A DNA stretch of 63,151 nt, filler included, from Hausera hauseri (lineage: Eukaryota), in NCBI GenBank assembly GCA_046269625.1. It is 11 parts of 11 records of this genome, joined end to end, with 100 filler letters (N's around TTAATTAATTAA, not from the genome) between each part and the next. Parts side by side here need not be neighbours in the genome. Positions count along the whole stretch, not along the records: positions 49,477 to 58,255 come from JBJURY010535453.1; positions 58,356 to 63,151 come from JBJURY010433250.1; 9 more parts are not named here. One strand, given 5' to 3'. Below the pieces are notes generated by a model. That model was not told the origin of the DNA. It was given only the letters and a program-made list of their open reading frames with translations, and made no database searches. Shown here piece after piece: positions 50,946 through 63,151 of the stretch. A program made the position numbers and the translations under genes. Positions within the stretch are counted from its first letter, which is position 1, and every line of letters begins with the position of its first letter.

Positions 50946-51317
50946 TTGCAGAATCAAGAATCGCTTTTGCAGCAAATAATAAGCAGTAAAACAGCTGCAC
51001 TAAATCAAAAAGAAATACTGCTAAACAATTATATGACACGAGTAAGTGCAAATGAAAGTGAATGTAAACAACTGTGTCTTATGTTGTTGGAAAACGAATC
51101 GAAAATCGAATCACTGAATAATTTTGTGAATCAACAAGCATCGAAATTAACCAAGTTAGAAAATGCGAAACAAGCATTCGATAATATGAATTTTCACAAC
51201 AAAATAAAAAGAGAAGATTATATATCAACATTCAGCAAATTACAACAGCAGTTATCAAAAATATTAGAAAATAATGAATTAGAACGGAAATTAATAGAAT
51301 CATCCAAAAAACATTGA
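50946..51317 (+). pseudogene. Unidentified coiled-coil host-gene fragment
   Basis: Heptad-like Q/E/L/K-rich ORF among other co-oriented fragments. I do not recognise the family. Confidence 0.3.
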
Positions 51318-51554
51318 AACTTTGTCATATAAGTGAACAAAAGGTATACAAAACAATAGAATTTTCATATTTTTCCAGACGCAATTAACAGATACTGGGG
51401 TTAAGATCACATTGGAAAAGGAAGCGACACCAGCAAATGGTCCGGTTGAAGAATGCACGTATGAAATACTCAGCCCGTGCTAGGGTTCTATCGCAGTTGG
51501 GTGGACAAAAGTAACGGCGTTCGGTCTGGTGATGGCGTTCGGCCTAGGCGGTCT

Positions 51555-52600
51555 TCAATATCAGCAATTCAATGAAAGCAAACTCCTGGATATGCTCATA
51601 GATTCTTTTAATGATGTCGTTCTACAGGTAGACTTACTAACTCCTATGGGAATACCTATTAATCAGTTCCTCGCTTCTTTAATTGATTGTCCTAATTCAT
51701 TAATAAATGCTTCGTTGAAAACTTTAAAGCCAATTGATGCACTGGACTGTTTTGACAAAATTGGCTATCACCTTTATAATTTACCACTACATTCCAAATA
51801 TTGTAAGATGGGTTTTGCCAGTGCTCTGGATCCTATTTTGATTACTACGTGCATCTTAAATTATCAGAATTCATTTAATGATCAAACAAATAATAGGAAA
51901 TATAAGGAACTTATGGAAGTAAAAGGAAACTTTTCGAATACATTGAGTAACCTTATTGTACTTTTTCGAGTTTTTCATTTTTGGCAGAAATCCAGAGCCG
52001 AAGGTTGGAAAAGTACATTTTGTCAGAAGAATCTTTTATCTACCTCCGTAATTGAAATAACAACTGCAATCAGAACTCAATTTCTGGGTCAGCTCAGAGC
52101 ATCGGGATTTGTAAAAGCAAGAGTCAATGGAGACATTCTAGATTTAAATTATAATTTGGAAAATTGGGCAGTTGATAAAGTTGCAATCGTTTCCGGTTTG
52201 ATAAACAGTATCGTACACTACAATTCCGAAAATATGATTTTGACAGCTAATGTGAATGCTAAGATTACTCCACATCCGACGTCCTCTCTTCATAATTTTG
52301 AACTCTAATTGTCTCACAATGTCAAATTTCACAACGAATCTCTTTCTATATGATCGTTCCATTAAGATTCCCAACATCTCAAATTACAATCAATTAGACT
52401 ATCAGCCAATTATGACTGACAACATCCATATACATTAAACATCTAACAATGGTTACACCAGTCACTGTAGCATTGATGGGTTCAAACATGAACATTATTA
52501 AATCGGAATTCAAACATCAAGATTCTTTCAAGAAAATTCCATTCAAGAAAAATATTAAGAGAAATAAAACACAAGCTGAATCACTCTGGCCTCTTAATCT
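51555..52600 (+). pseudogene. YTHDC2: YTHDC2 helicase C-terminal region fragment (HA2/OB), intronless
   Basis: WQKSRAEGWKSTFCQKNLLS..IRTQFLGQLRASGFVKAR..GDILDLNYNLENWAV matches the YTHDC2-specific RTQLLGQLRASGFVRAR..NSENWAVVK; also VTPVTVAL. Confidence 0.85.
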
Positions 52601-52777
52601 AAAACTTTCAATCGTCGGTCCGGAGATGGTCGAATTACCTCCCGATTCTACAAGGAACGAAAATGTCGATGGTTCGCAGAATTGTTTACCCTCATCAAGA
52701 GGTAACTTATTTATCCGTATTCTATAATTCATAAATAATTTGGTTGAGGGACGGAGCGTGCCCGCCCCCGTTGCGCC

Positions 52778-53004
52778 ATGTTTCCTTTCTTTTCTCATCC
52801 TTTCTAATAATAAACATGTCCACACATTAAGGGTTACGCACAAACAAACAGCTCATTCTTTATACTGAATTTTCCTTTTTTATCGGCTTTTCAGATTATG
52901 TAATGCACAACGGTTTGATTTTGCAACCTTACGACTCTCTTTCATCCTTTGCACCCGAGAAATATTACATCACTCTCACTGTCCATTTTCGCATCCATGG
53001 TGGG
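52778..53004 (+). pseudogene. Ubiquitin-like domain fused to Gag, copy 3
   Basis: FLILSNNKHVHTLRVTHKQTAHSLY (shift) IGFSDYVMHNGLILQPYDSLSSFAPEKYYITLTVHFRIHGG, continuing in frame into Gag. Confidence 0.75.
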
Positions 53005-54049
53005 TCAGACCTTGATCCTTCTGCCAAAATTTTAACAAAAACTAGGTCTTGTCGTCGTCCTGTCGACTCCACACCATCAACATCTGCAAACCTTACCTTT
53101 ACAGACTTTTTCCTAGATAAAACGAACTCGAGCCGAACTTGGTTACATTTTCACTTTCAATTGCTCAAAGCCAATCATATTATAGATTCCTTCCTGCGAG
53201 CTAACAGTCTGCTGCCATTACTTCCAGCTAACATCAAGCAGCAGATTAGTAATCTGGCTGACATAATCTCTCCTTCAAACCCGTATGATATGCTGTATAA
53301 ATCGGTTCTACATATCACCGACCCTTCCATCTACAGCATAATCCAAAAGTATTTTAATGAACACGGCATCGGAAATCAAAAACCATCGGATTTCCTCAAA
53401 ACTGCCATTTCGCAATTTAGCTCTTTGGGCGTTACTCCCACAAACAATGCTAATCTTCTTCGTCGGTACTTTCTTTCATCTTTGCCAATTTCCATCCGAG
53501 CGCTGTCACTGTAGTAGACGACTCTACTGCCCTTAAAAAACTCGTTTTGTTGTCAGACAAAAGTTTTGATATTCTGCAGTTCAATAACTCGCAGCCAGTA
53601 GCCGCAGCAACTGCTCACACACTGCCAGACAACACTTTATTTGCAATACAACTGTACATGATGCAGAAGCAGTTCGACACACACCAACAAGCAATTTCTG
53701 CAATCAGAGCCCAACTCAGTGACTTATCTGTGCCCCGAGGATGCGAAAATCGTATTTCTCGCAATCGCAATAATTCCAGGCACTCTTTTCGTTCTAAATC
53801 TAGAGATAGTAAAATGACGTGTTTCTATCACAATAAATTTCGCAGAGATGCAAGGAAATGTGTTTTAGGCTGTCCATTCTACGAGGCACGATATGCCGTA
53901 GACAATCCAATCTGCATCTATCACGCACAGTACCAATCCAAGACTAAATCATGCGTGCCAGGATATAAACATTATAAAAGGATTTCAAGTTTTTCTCCAT
54001 CTTCTTTGCCTCCGCCTACTCACCATTCCTTCTCTTTCTACCAAGTCTC

Positions 54050-54091
54050 AAAAAACCAATAATGCCACCAGATGCCACGGCACATTCTGGT
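54050..54091 (+). promoter_or_regulatory. gag-pol -1 frameshift signal, copy 3
   Basis: Gag reads TCA AAA AAC CAA TAA. Stems are TGCC(54063-66)/GGCA(54079-82) and ACCAGA(54067-72)/TCTGGT(54086-91). Confidence 0.75.
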
Positions 54092-57000
54092 ACAAGCAAT
54101 ATCATTCAATCTTCTGGCCGTTTCAACACCGCCTCTGCAGTCTTTCTGTTGGAAGCTGATCTGTTATTTGGAGAGACATCACACAGACTTTCTTATCGAT
54201 TCAGGAGCTGCCTTTTCACTTCTTCATTTGTCTTTCTCTCCTACATCTAACACAGTTTTCTCCCCTCTACTTTTCACTGCATGTGGTCAACCTTTGATCA
54301 TTGTAGGTACCACAAAACTGACCTTCACATTCTCCAGCCTACCAGGGAAAATTTCCTGGAATTTTCACATAGCCAACATCAGATCGCCCATAATAGGCTC
54401 CGATTTTTTGGCTGCATATACTTGTTAGTCGATTGCAAGCATAAATGTCTCCTGCGCAGAGACTTCACTGCAAATTCTAACAAATACTCACCAAACGACC
54501 AGTCAGACACTTTGTCTTCCTCAGATCATTCAAATGTCAATGTGACATCCTGTTCATCGGTTGACAACAACACGTTTAACATTTCATCAATATTTTCAAT
54601 CTCGTCAAGTGGATGCAAATTAATTTTGAAACATTCGGCTGAACCAAATGTCGTTAATAAAGCATTTAGTCATTCTGCATTGATTACAGCAACTGACTCT
54701 TATAATGATATGCCATCATCATTCATATCGTTGGGTTCTGATCTCAAATCCTACATTAAGATTTTTTGTTCCCGTACTCTTAAGAATGACATCAATTTCA
54801 AGCCACATTCTACAACGTATCACCACATAGTCACCGAACACCAAAGATATATCAGATAAAAGGTAAGGCCACTTTCACCTCGCAGACGAAAAGCTGTTGA
54901 ATCTGAGTTCAGTGAACTCGAAAAAGCGGGCATTATTCGACGATCCAAATCACCATGGCTTCGCCTTTGCATTTTGTGACGAAGAAAGATGGTACATACA
55001 GACCATGCGGTAATTATCGGCAATTAAATAATCTAACAGTCCTGGATGCCTATCCTTTACCTCTCATAAATGACATTCTGCATAGCCTCACCAACACTAA
55101 CAAGTACTCCACAATTGACTTGCATAAGGCATATCATCAAATTCCGGTTGCATATGATGATATTCCAAAAACTGCTATCATTACTCCATTTGGCCTCTAC
55201 GAATATATCTTTATGCCATTTGATATACGTAGTGCTTCTCAAACTTTCCAACGGCACATTAATACGGTACTTTCAGGCCTAGACTTCGCTTATCCATACA
55301 TTGATGACATATTAGTTGCCTCTACGTCCGTCAAACAACATCAAGAACACCTTCGTATCATTTTTCACAGATTACATCATAGCAATTTGCAAGTCAACTT
55401 CTCCAAGTGTCATTTCTTTCAAAATCGTGTTAATTTCCTAGGTCACGTCATCACCCCTCACGATCACTCTCCACAACCTGATCGACTACAACAATTGAAG
55501 AACATAACTCTACCAACGACTACCACGGACATGAGAAATTTCTTAGGCACACTCCACTTCATTCACAAATACATACCACATTACTCTAAGCTTACAGCAC
55601 CTTTCGCACATCTATCATCCGGTAAAAAGAGGCAGTTCATCCACTGAACTCCTGATCCGGTAACCAAGTTTGATCACTTGCGTGAAGGTCTTAAAACCGT
55701 CGAAATACTAGCTTGTCCTAAACCCAAGGCAGATCTTATACTTACAACCGATGCCTTAAGCACAGCTACTGGCGCTGTACTACACCAGATTTCTAATGGC
55801 GTCGACGAGCCATTAGAATTTTATTCCAGGAAGCTGACACAACCCGAGAGCCGTACTCCACATTTGACCGTGAGTTACTCCATAGTTCTGGCAGTAAAAC
55901 ACTTTAAACACTTACTTCTCTCTCGTCCATTTGTTATTCAAACTGACCAGAAGCATATGCTGCTCATCGTGTTGTTAAAAGAGCCATCACCAAGGCAGGA
56001 GATACATATATCATATCTATCTACATTCAGTTTTGCTTTGGAATATATCTCAGGCACAGATAACTTGGTAGCTAATTTTCTATTGAGGTCGGTTGGATCC
56101 ATTACACTTGAGCCGATTTTTTCATCTGAAGTCTTAAAAGCCAATCAACCATCTGCTGATTTTCTTAGTTTCTTCAAATCCTTCGAGATCATTGATGGAA
56201 TAGCTTTTGATACGTCCAATACAGGTAACAAAAAGGTCATCTTAGCACCACCTTTACAAAAGCCAGTTTTGTTCATACGCATTCACTTCATCATCCAGGT
56301 TCGAAAGCAACCTTTCGCCTGCTTCAACGTCATGTAGTATAGCCATCAATGCGTAAAGATGTACAGGACTGGGTTAAAGAATGTATAGCCTGTCAAAAAT
56401 ACAAATTCAACAAACACCTTAAACCACCACTTTACCACTTTCCCTGTACATCATGCTTTCATATAGTTCATCTCGATTTAGTTGGTCCTCTACCTGCCGA
56501 CAACGGATATCAACACATACTTACTATGATGGATCGTGCTTCTTGCTGGCCTGAAGCCGTTCCTCTTTGTTCAACAAACACTGATTCAGTTGCTGACGCC
56601 TTCATAAAAACCGGGATCAGTCGCTTTGGTTCCCCACGTCACATAATAACGGATCAATGTCCACAATTTGAGTCTGAGCTTTTCAAATCACTTGTCAAAC
56701 GCTTGGGGATATCCCATTTTTATACTACTCCATATCATCCTCAAGCAAACGGCCTTCTTGAAAGGTTCCATCGTACAATGAAAGTATCTTTAAAAATCTT
56801 GGCTGACGCTCGTCGCAATTTGTCCATTCTACCTTTTGTTCTATTATGGTGGTGCAACACACCCTCGACCACTACTGGTTGTGTTCCAGCTGAAGCACTT
56901 TTCGGGACTCCAATTCGGGCCTTATTTGAGCTTTTTGATCTCAACGACAACCCCACAGACGAAAACATTCGTGCTGCACAATCTCACTTCGCCGAGGTCA

Positions 57001-57864
57001 AATCAGGTTCATTATGTCGCCGCTTTAACAACAACAAATCATACATTCCGAAGGATTTATACTCCGCCAAGTTTGTATGGTTAAAAGATCATTCTCCTTC
57101 AGGTTTTAGACCTCAATATGTTGGCCCGTACAAACTGCTGAATCATTCATCTCACACATCAACAATCTTACGCGAAGATAAACCGTACAACGTCCACATT
57201 TCGAATCTGAAACCTGCTTTATCCAACTGCATCGTCTCCTTTGCTTGACATGTTTTCTTCGCCATCTCCATGACATAACTTCGAACTACAATCAAGCTCA
57301 AACCAATTATGTAAGGCACGCATAGTGACATTCAGTACCTTTATCAGAGAAAAGCTCTTTGATGGTACACAACGCCTGACCCGTACCAAAACTGAATAGG
57401 AACAAATAGTATTCCTTGTTGCTATTTATTTTTGTCATCCGTATTATCTTCATTATTCTTTTTCCACTACATAGCTGCTTTTCTGCCACGGGGGGGGGTG
57501 ATGTGGTGCCTTGGCCGTGAGCGCGTTTGGTTCCTCGCCCACCATATGTCAGATCATCTATCTAGTCAAACAAGAATTGATAACAAGAAGTGAAACAGGA
57601 TTTTAGGAACTGTTCAATTTACTGTCTCTGAAACTTCAATGAACAGTACCAAGTTAAAAGGTCCATACTATGAATGCCATACAATCGTATAAGTTGTGAA
57701 GAAAGTATTGAGCGGCCAGTTTCCAGATATTTTCCTAGATGACAATCTCCATGATTCAGCATGTATATGTTTCCTCAATTAGCAAGTTTTCAAAATATCC
57801 TTGTAAATAACTTTAGTAAAGATGGTTACGTCATCTCAGACTTTGGCAATATTTCCCTCTAGCA

Positions 57865-58015
57865 GTAGAAAAGATGATTATACAGCTGAAATTTCTGAAT
57901 TTTATAGTTACTCTGAAGAGGAAGAATTTCATTTGAATTGTAAAAAATTTCCACGAAGGATTCCACAAAATATACGGCCAAAACAGCAAATGGATCGAAA
58001 TTAAAGATGATGGTT
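57865..58015 (+). pseudogene. STRIP1/FAM40 N-terminal domain fragment
   Basis: DDYTAEISEFYSYSEEEEFHLNCK (shift) FHEGF..SKWIEI, compared with recalled AAELSELYSYTEGPEFLMNRKCFEEDF..KKWTEL. Confidence 0.65.
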
Positions 58016-59172
58016 TTTATTGTCTGTAAATAAATTTTTATGGAATTTTGTGTGTAATTATGGATTTAAAGTTTAATGATTAAAATTTTGAATTTTGAAA
58101 CCAACAAAATAAAAACATTTTATCGCTTTTTGGAATTTATCGCTATTTTTATCTTTTGGAATTAATTCTCTTTCTTATGAAATTTTCACTGGCAGATCTA
58201 AAATTCCGTATTGCTGTCAGTAAAGGATGCTTGAAATCAGGATTCAGACTATAAANNNNNNNNNNNNNNNNNNNNNNNNNNNNNNNNNNNNNNNNNNNNT
58301 TAATTAATTAANNNNNNNNNNNNNNNNNNNNNNNNNNNNNNNNNNNNNNNNNNNNCCTCGGAGCTTTTCCACCGGTACGTTTACAAGCAGTCTGCTTTGT
58401 TCTGGCCATTTTGTTTTACAAACGTAGTTAATGATTGTTCACAATAACATTTATATTTGAACAAATTTCTTGTTAAAAATTGTTTCTTGTAAATTTCGTA
58501 ATTTTCAGTTATGTTTGCTACATAAGGAAGTCCGTAATTTTTATGAAGGTCATTAAGGTTTATATATATATTTGTAAAATAATTTTACTTCTTTTAGAAT
58601 TTGTAACAATCATTAGTATTCTTGATTTGATATTTTCGTGAAATGTGTAATTATTTGACTGTTATGAGTCAGCATTATACTGAAAAATGTCAGGCAAATA
58701 TCTGAAATTAAACTTTTTATAATAGTTAAATTTTGGAATATAAAATTGTGAAAGTTTTTCTGAGAATGCAAGGTGTGCCAAGCAAGTAGTATAAAATCCT
58801 GCCTTCACTACTGGCATAATGTATAAAACCCATGATCGTTGTTGGTGATTTTTTTCGAGGAAATATTAATGGTCATAAAAAGATTTATTGCGTATTATAA
58901 GACAAAAATTTGTTTTATTTCGAATTATAATTTCATTTCATTTGTCAAAGATATAACATATTTTAAAAATAATTTCAAATATTCTGGAGTAAAAGGCAAT
59001 TTCAGTCTCCTACATGGTGTACAAAACACAGCACTATTTTAAAACATACAAAAGAAGCGTTTAAAATGACTTAGCTAAAGTTAAAATTTAAAAAAAATAA
59101 TAAATTTAAGCAGTGTATTGATATTATGAACGAACAACAAAAAATATAAGTTCTTGTGAATATCTAGTTTAC

Positions 59173-60756
59173 TCAGGTCAAAACGCTTTCGAAGTTGTGC
59201 TTTAATTGAGATTTCACCTTTTCGGCTATCACTCTTGGAATTTGAAAATGAATCGATAAGATATGACGACTCATGTTGTAGTTGTTATAAACCGTTTGGT
59301 AATCACAAAGTGGACAACAATACTTTTTATTTCTGCCTTCGGTAATAACTTTAATTGAGTATTTGCTTGCATTGCTTATAATTTCTTTCAATTTTCTTTT
59401 CGATGTTGCTGATGTCTCGTTTGTTTCTGAAAATACTCTAATGGCTTTGCTTTCTTTTCTTCTGATATCTTGTTTGCTAACACAAGTACCTGACATGACA
59501 TTATCGAAATTGTTATGTGTTATGTAACTTGCTTCCTCTAATGTCACTTTTGAAGAAATTTTCTGGCATTCTTTCATAATGAATTTCTCCTTGTTTCTGC
59601 TTGATTCTTTGTCACATAACGTATCTGAATACCTGAATTTCGATTTTAACTTTTCTGCTAAACTTCTTTGAATAGTCAAATGTTTTATCAAAATGTGTCG
59701 AATCAAATCAGACTTGTTATGAGCAGCGATATAATCACAGAGAGTACATCCATACGTTTTACCTTTACCATTTGAAACAATTTTAACCAAAAGACGTTGA
59801 TTTTTAATTATGTTCTGGATATATTCATCTGTTGACAATTCCAAATATTGGCTATCGAACTGTATTAATTTGATGTCCTTTTCGTAACATATCTTATGTG
59901 AACTATTTAGTGAATGTTCAGAGAATTCATTATGTGCATAATTTGTTTCATCACAAGTAGTCAATTGCCATCCATTTTCATTATTCGATGCTATTTTTTC
60001 TACGATCATTTTTACTTCTGAACTGCACAAACTTTCATCATATTTAAATTCATTTTGAACCTCACTTTTATTGGAGTCCGTAAGATTTATATATAATTCT
60101 CCATTTTCCAAATGTTCAACATCTACTTTACGTTTCTTTGCTCTGTCCTCAGTTTCTCTATCTGAGTCGCTTGTAATCAATTTACTTAATTTTCGTTTCC
60201 TTACCATCGATATTTTGTCAACATTTTCATTGGCTGTCTTTTTTACATGCTTTTTCTTCTTTGCTACGTATTTCACTTTCACTTTTAACCCTTTGTTCAT
60301 TTTTTCATAGCAAATGTCTTCTGCCTTTGAAAAATTATCCACCACATTAACAAAACAACACTTTGCGACATATTCAACCATAATATCCTTCGTTGTATGT
60401 CTACATTCTCTGGCATGTTTATTGAATTCTTTCTTTGACAATGTCATGTAAATACATGATGGGCTTTTACAATGGAACAGTTCAATCATAGAGAATTTGA
60501 TGTGATAATAAAGTTGATCCATATTCATAAACTGTTTCAGACAAACTGGACAGTTATATTGATTGTCATGATTCAGTATCATGTGCTCGATGATCTCTTC
60601 CAGTTCAAGAAAAGCAATTTCATTTTCACATAATTTGCAATTAACCAATGAATATAATGAGAAACTGCAGTGTGTTCCGAAATGTTTGAAAAATTGGTCC
60701 AATGATACATCTATTGAGCACAAATAACACTTTACTGACATTATAAATATTTTCAT
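59173..60756 (-). CDS. Intact single-ORF C2H2 zinc-finger protein, 527 aa
   Basis: Uninterrupted ORF with four N-terminal C2H2/C2HC-like fingers, basic NLS-like tracts and two C-terminal CxxCDY..RHIL..H fingers. Confidence 0.8.
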   Translation of the reverse strand: MKIFIMSVKCYLCSIDVSLDQFFKHFGTHCSFSLYSLVNCKLCENEIAFLELEEIIEHMILNHDNQYNCPVCLKQFMNMDQLYYHIKFSMIELFHCKSPSCIYMTLSKKEFNKHARECRHTTKDIMVEYVAKCCFVNVVDNFSKAEDICYEKMNKGLKVKVKYVAKKKKHVKKTANENVDKISMVRKRKLSKLITSDSDRETEDRAKKRKVDVEHLENGELYINLTDSNKSEVQNEFKYDESLCSSEVKMIVEKIASNNENGWQLTTCDETNYAHNEFSEHSLNSSHKICYEKDIKLIQFDSQYLELSTDEYIQNIIKNQRLLVKIVSNGKGKTYGCTLCDYIAAHNKSDLIRHILIKHLTIQRSLAEKLKSKFRYSDTLCDKESSRNKEKFIMKECQKISSKVTLEEASYITHNNFDNVMSGTCVSKQDIRRKESKAIRVFSETNETSATSKRKLKEIISNASKYSIKVITEGRNKKYCCPLCDYQTVYNNYNMSRHILSIHFQIPRVIAEKVKSQLKHNFESVLT

Positions 60757-63151
60757 GGTTTTTGTAAAATTATTTATATAAATGGAGATTAAGAAAATAC
60801 AAAATTAATTTTGTAGAAAATGTGTTGGTTAATGAAACTAAATAAACTTTTAATTTTAATAAAATTGTTAATATTGTCGTATTTTTCGTAATATATTAAA
60901 TTCAAACTTTTATTTTAACAACTTATTTCGCAAGAACTTGTCAAAATATCGATTACATGTTCTGTTTTGCAAGATTCGTGTTTGAATTAAACATTTTTAA
61001 TAACTTATTTACTTTACCACTCATTGTTTACCTACAATATACTTATTGTTTGATTCTATATAATATTATACCATTTAATCAATTTGTTTTCGATTGAATT
61101 TAATGCTTAGTATATTATAGACAAATAATTCATCGAATTCAGCTCATCAGCTATAGCAATTGAATAAATTTTGATTTCCTTTACATTATTTTGTGACTTA
61201 TTAACAATTATGCAAATCACGTAAACTAAATTAGAATACATTCTTCTTTGGCTTTAATTTTGTGATAATATTGTTTCAATAGCCCTTTGTAACAACGCTG
61301 AATTTATTGTGAGTAAATAATGAGGGGATAAAGTAAATATGTTATTATTAAAATTATAAATTCAAATACGGATGAAACCATTTAAAACACTGAATTTATA
61401 ATTGATCTACAAAGTTGCATCTTGCTACTAATTTTTGTCGTTACGCCTAGTTAGTTGAGACTTTAGAGACTCATCTGTGGTGCAACAAATACAATTAAAT
61501 TTGACTCTTGGCTTTTCAATAACATTTTTAATTTAAAGCTGACGATCTTGGTTTTATATGGATTTAATACAGAAATGTGGATATATTTACGTCGGTCCCT
61601 TCGCAGTCTAACCAACTGAATACTCAAACGAAATAATTTATTTAATATTGATATTTAATGAGATAGCTCAGAATTTCTTTATGTAACATTTTATGGATAA
61701 CAAAAAATAAAATAAAATTATATGCCTTTTATTTGTTACAAGGAATGCTACAGAAACAACAAAATATGCAAAAACACCTAGCTTATAAAGTTAAAATTGT
61801 TTTACTTTCGATCTGATTTTTCGAGACATCATGTGAGAGTTTGATTGTTACTTTTTGAATTAAATCGGACAATTTAGTTAAGAAAAATTTTTATTTTTTC
61901 GATTATAATTTCGTTTAGGCTCAACCGATCAAATACTACACAACATTTACAACGAGAAATCGATAATGTTAAATTATAATTATTGATGTTCGTTGAATAA
62001 ATATTTTGTTTTTATAATTTTTGTTGAATTAAAATTTTGTCGAAAAGCTTAAATATTTCTTCGGGATACTGGGCAGAAAATGTATTCCATTAGATTCAGG
62101 AAGTAAAATTCCAATCTGATCTAGTCTGATATTAGCGGTTTACACTTTCACAAATACCATTATTATTAATACGTTAATTGAAAAACAAAAATAATAATTT
62201 TTATTAAAATTAAAAATTAAATTTATTAAATTAATTTAAAAGCAATAAAAATGCTTATTTTAGGGATCTGATTAATCAGACTGGAATATCTCCATATTTT
62301 CACCAGAGGAGTTTTACAGGTTAAAATTTTTTAGACTGAGCTTTGAAACTGAGTAAGTACGTATATTACAAGAGAATTTGGCAAAAATGCTTTTTAAATG
62401 GCTCTGAATAAATGACAAAATAATATGATAGTTCAAAAATTCAAAAGTGTGAATATTTTCTATAGTTCTCTTTATGTTTTTGTTCACTTTGTATCTCTAG
62501 CCTGCTTTATCTGTTGACACCTCTGTTTTCTTTGGCAAGAAGCGGTACAGTTTTTGTGTTTAACTATATGTTGATTCCACAGAGAGACTGAAAACTACTT
62601 GAATTCTGAAAGCAGTGTGTGTGATTATGTTGTGTTCTCTGATCAGAATGTTTCTCTCTCGCTGCCGATGCTGGGTAACAGTTGGTCTGTCATGTGGACA
62701 CTCTTTGACGCCTTCTGTCACATTATGTGCATTTTGATGTTCCCGACTGAGTGTTGTACAGAATTAGTTATCTTTGATTAGGGAGATGTAAGCCTGAATC
62801 CTTTCCAGAGCATATATTACAAGTTGAACTTTAAAAGTTACAAAAGCATTAACGAGACAAAAATAACTAGAATGCTTACTTTATATTTCTGTATAAGATC
62901 ATCTCTATGTCTATTTATTGTTACAAAAGATGGGAGCCTTTCAATTATAAATACTTCTCATCCCCTCCTGGTTTAGTTTTATCACCTTTATTGCACCTTT
63001 CTGATAACAGCTAAAGGGTTTAATTGTGGGGCTTTATATTCAGGTTGCTTTATAAACCAAATGATGGTGTTCATATTACTTATACAGTATCATATAAGAT
63101 ATGAAGTCATGTCATATTTAGATTTAATATTTTTTAAATTTTTTTTTGTTT

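Larger units (their letters stand above)
52740..57501 (+). mobile_element. CsRn1-like Ty3/gypsy element, copy 3 (most divergent, long ORF remnants), G-rich PPT at 57490-57501
   Basis: Gag at 52903-54062; FLIDSGA; RT at 54955-55647 with YRPCGNYRQLN and PYIDD; RNase H; continuous integrase ORF at 56349-57248; GGGGGGGGGTGA followed by TGTGG. Confidence 0.93.

Noticed and set aside
57502-57600. 3' LTR matching a 5' LTR for copy 3
   Set aside because: PPT and TG are present, but I could not find a matching sequence upstream of gag, so no LTR pair or TSD is claimed.
60757-63151. Genes or RNA genes upstream of the zinc-finger ORF
   Set aside because: Very AT-rich, with no supportable ORF, tRNA or clear TIR pair.

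Overview
The window is not one locus. It is 11 short (about 4-9 kb) eukaryotic contigs joined by ten artificial 100-nt spacers (N44-TTAATTAATTAA-N44). Most contigs look like an AT-rich animal genome (host not identifiable from the sequence); contig 40444-45030 carries teleost-like repeats. Content is mostly decayed mobile DNA: a Polinton/adintovirus core block, three diverged copies of one CsRn1-like Ty3/gypsy family, a second gypsy family, RTE and Rex1-like LINE pieces, and hAT and Tc1 transposases. There are also co-oriented, intronless pieces of host genes (RPB2, Hsp110, ZW10, importin-7, DHX9-like, YTHDC2, STRIP/FAM40, a DEG/ENaC channel), the 3' part of a class A GPCR and one intact C2H2 zinc-finger ORF. 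Best candidate for a new system: in all three CsRn1-like copies, Gag is preceded by a ubiquitin-like domain ending in a di-glycine motif (MHLRIRGG, IHPGICGG, VHFRIHGG) in frame with Gag. The same family has a doubled CHCC knuckle and a conserved A-AAA-AAC plus pseudoknot -1 frameshift signal. All homology calls come from recognising motifs by eye, not from database searches, and the ends of decayed features are approximate.
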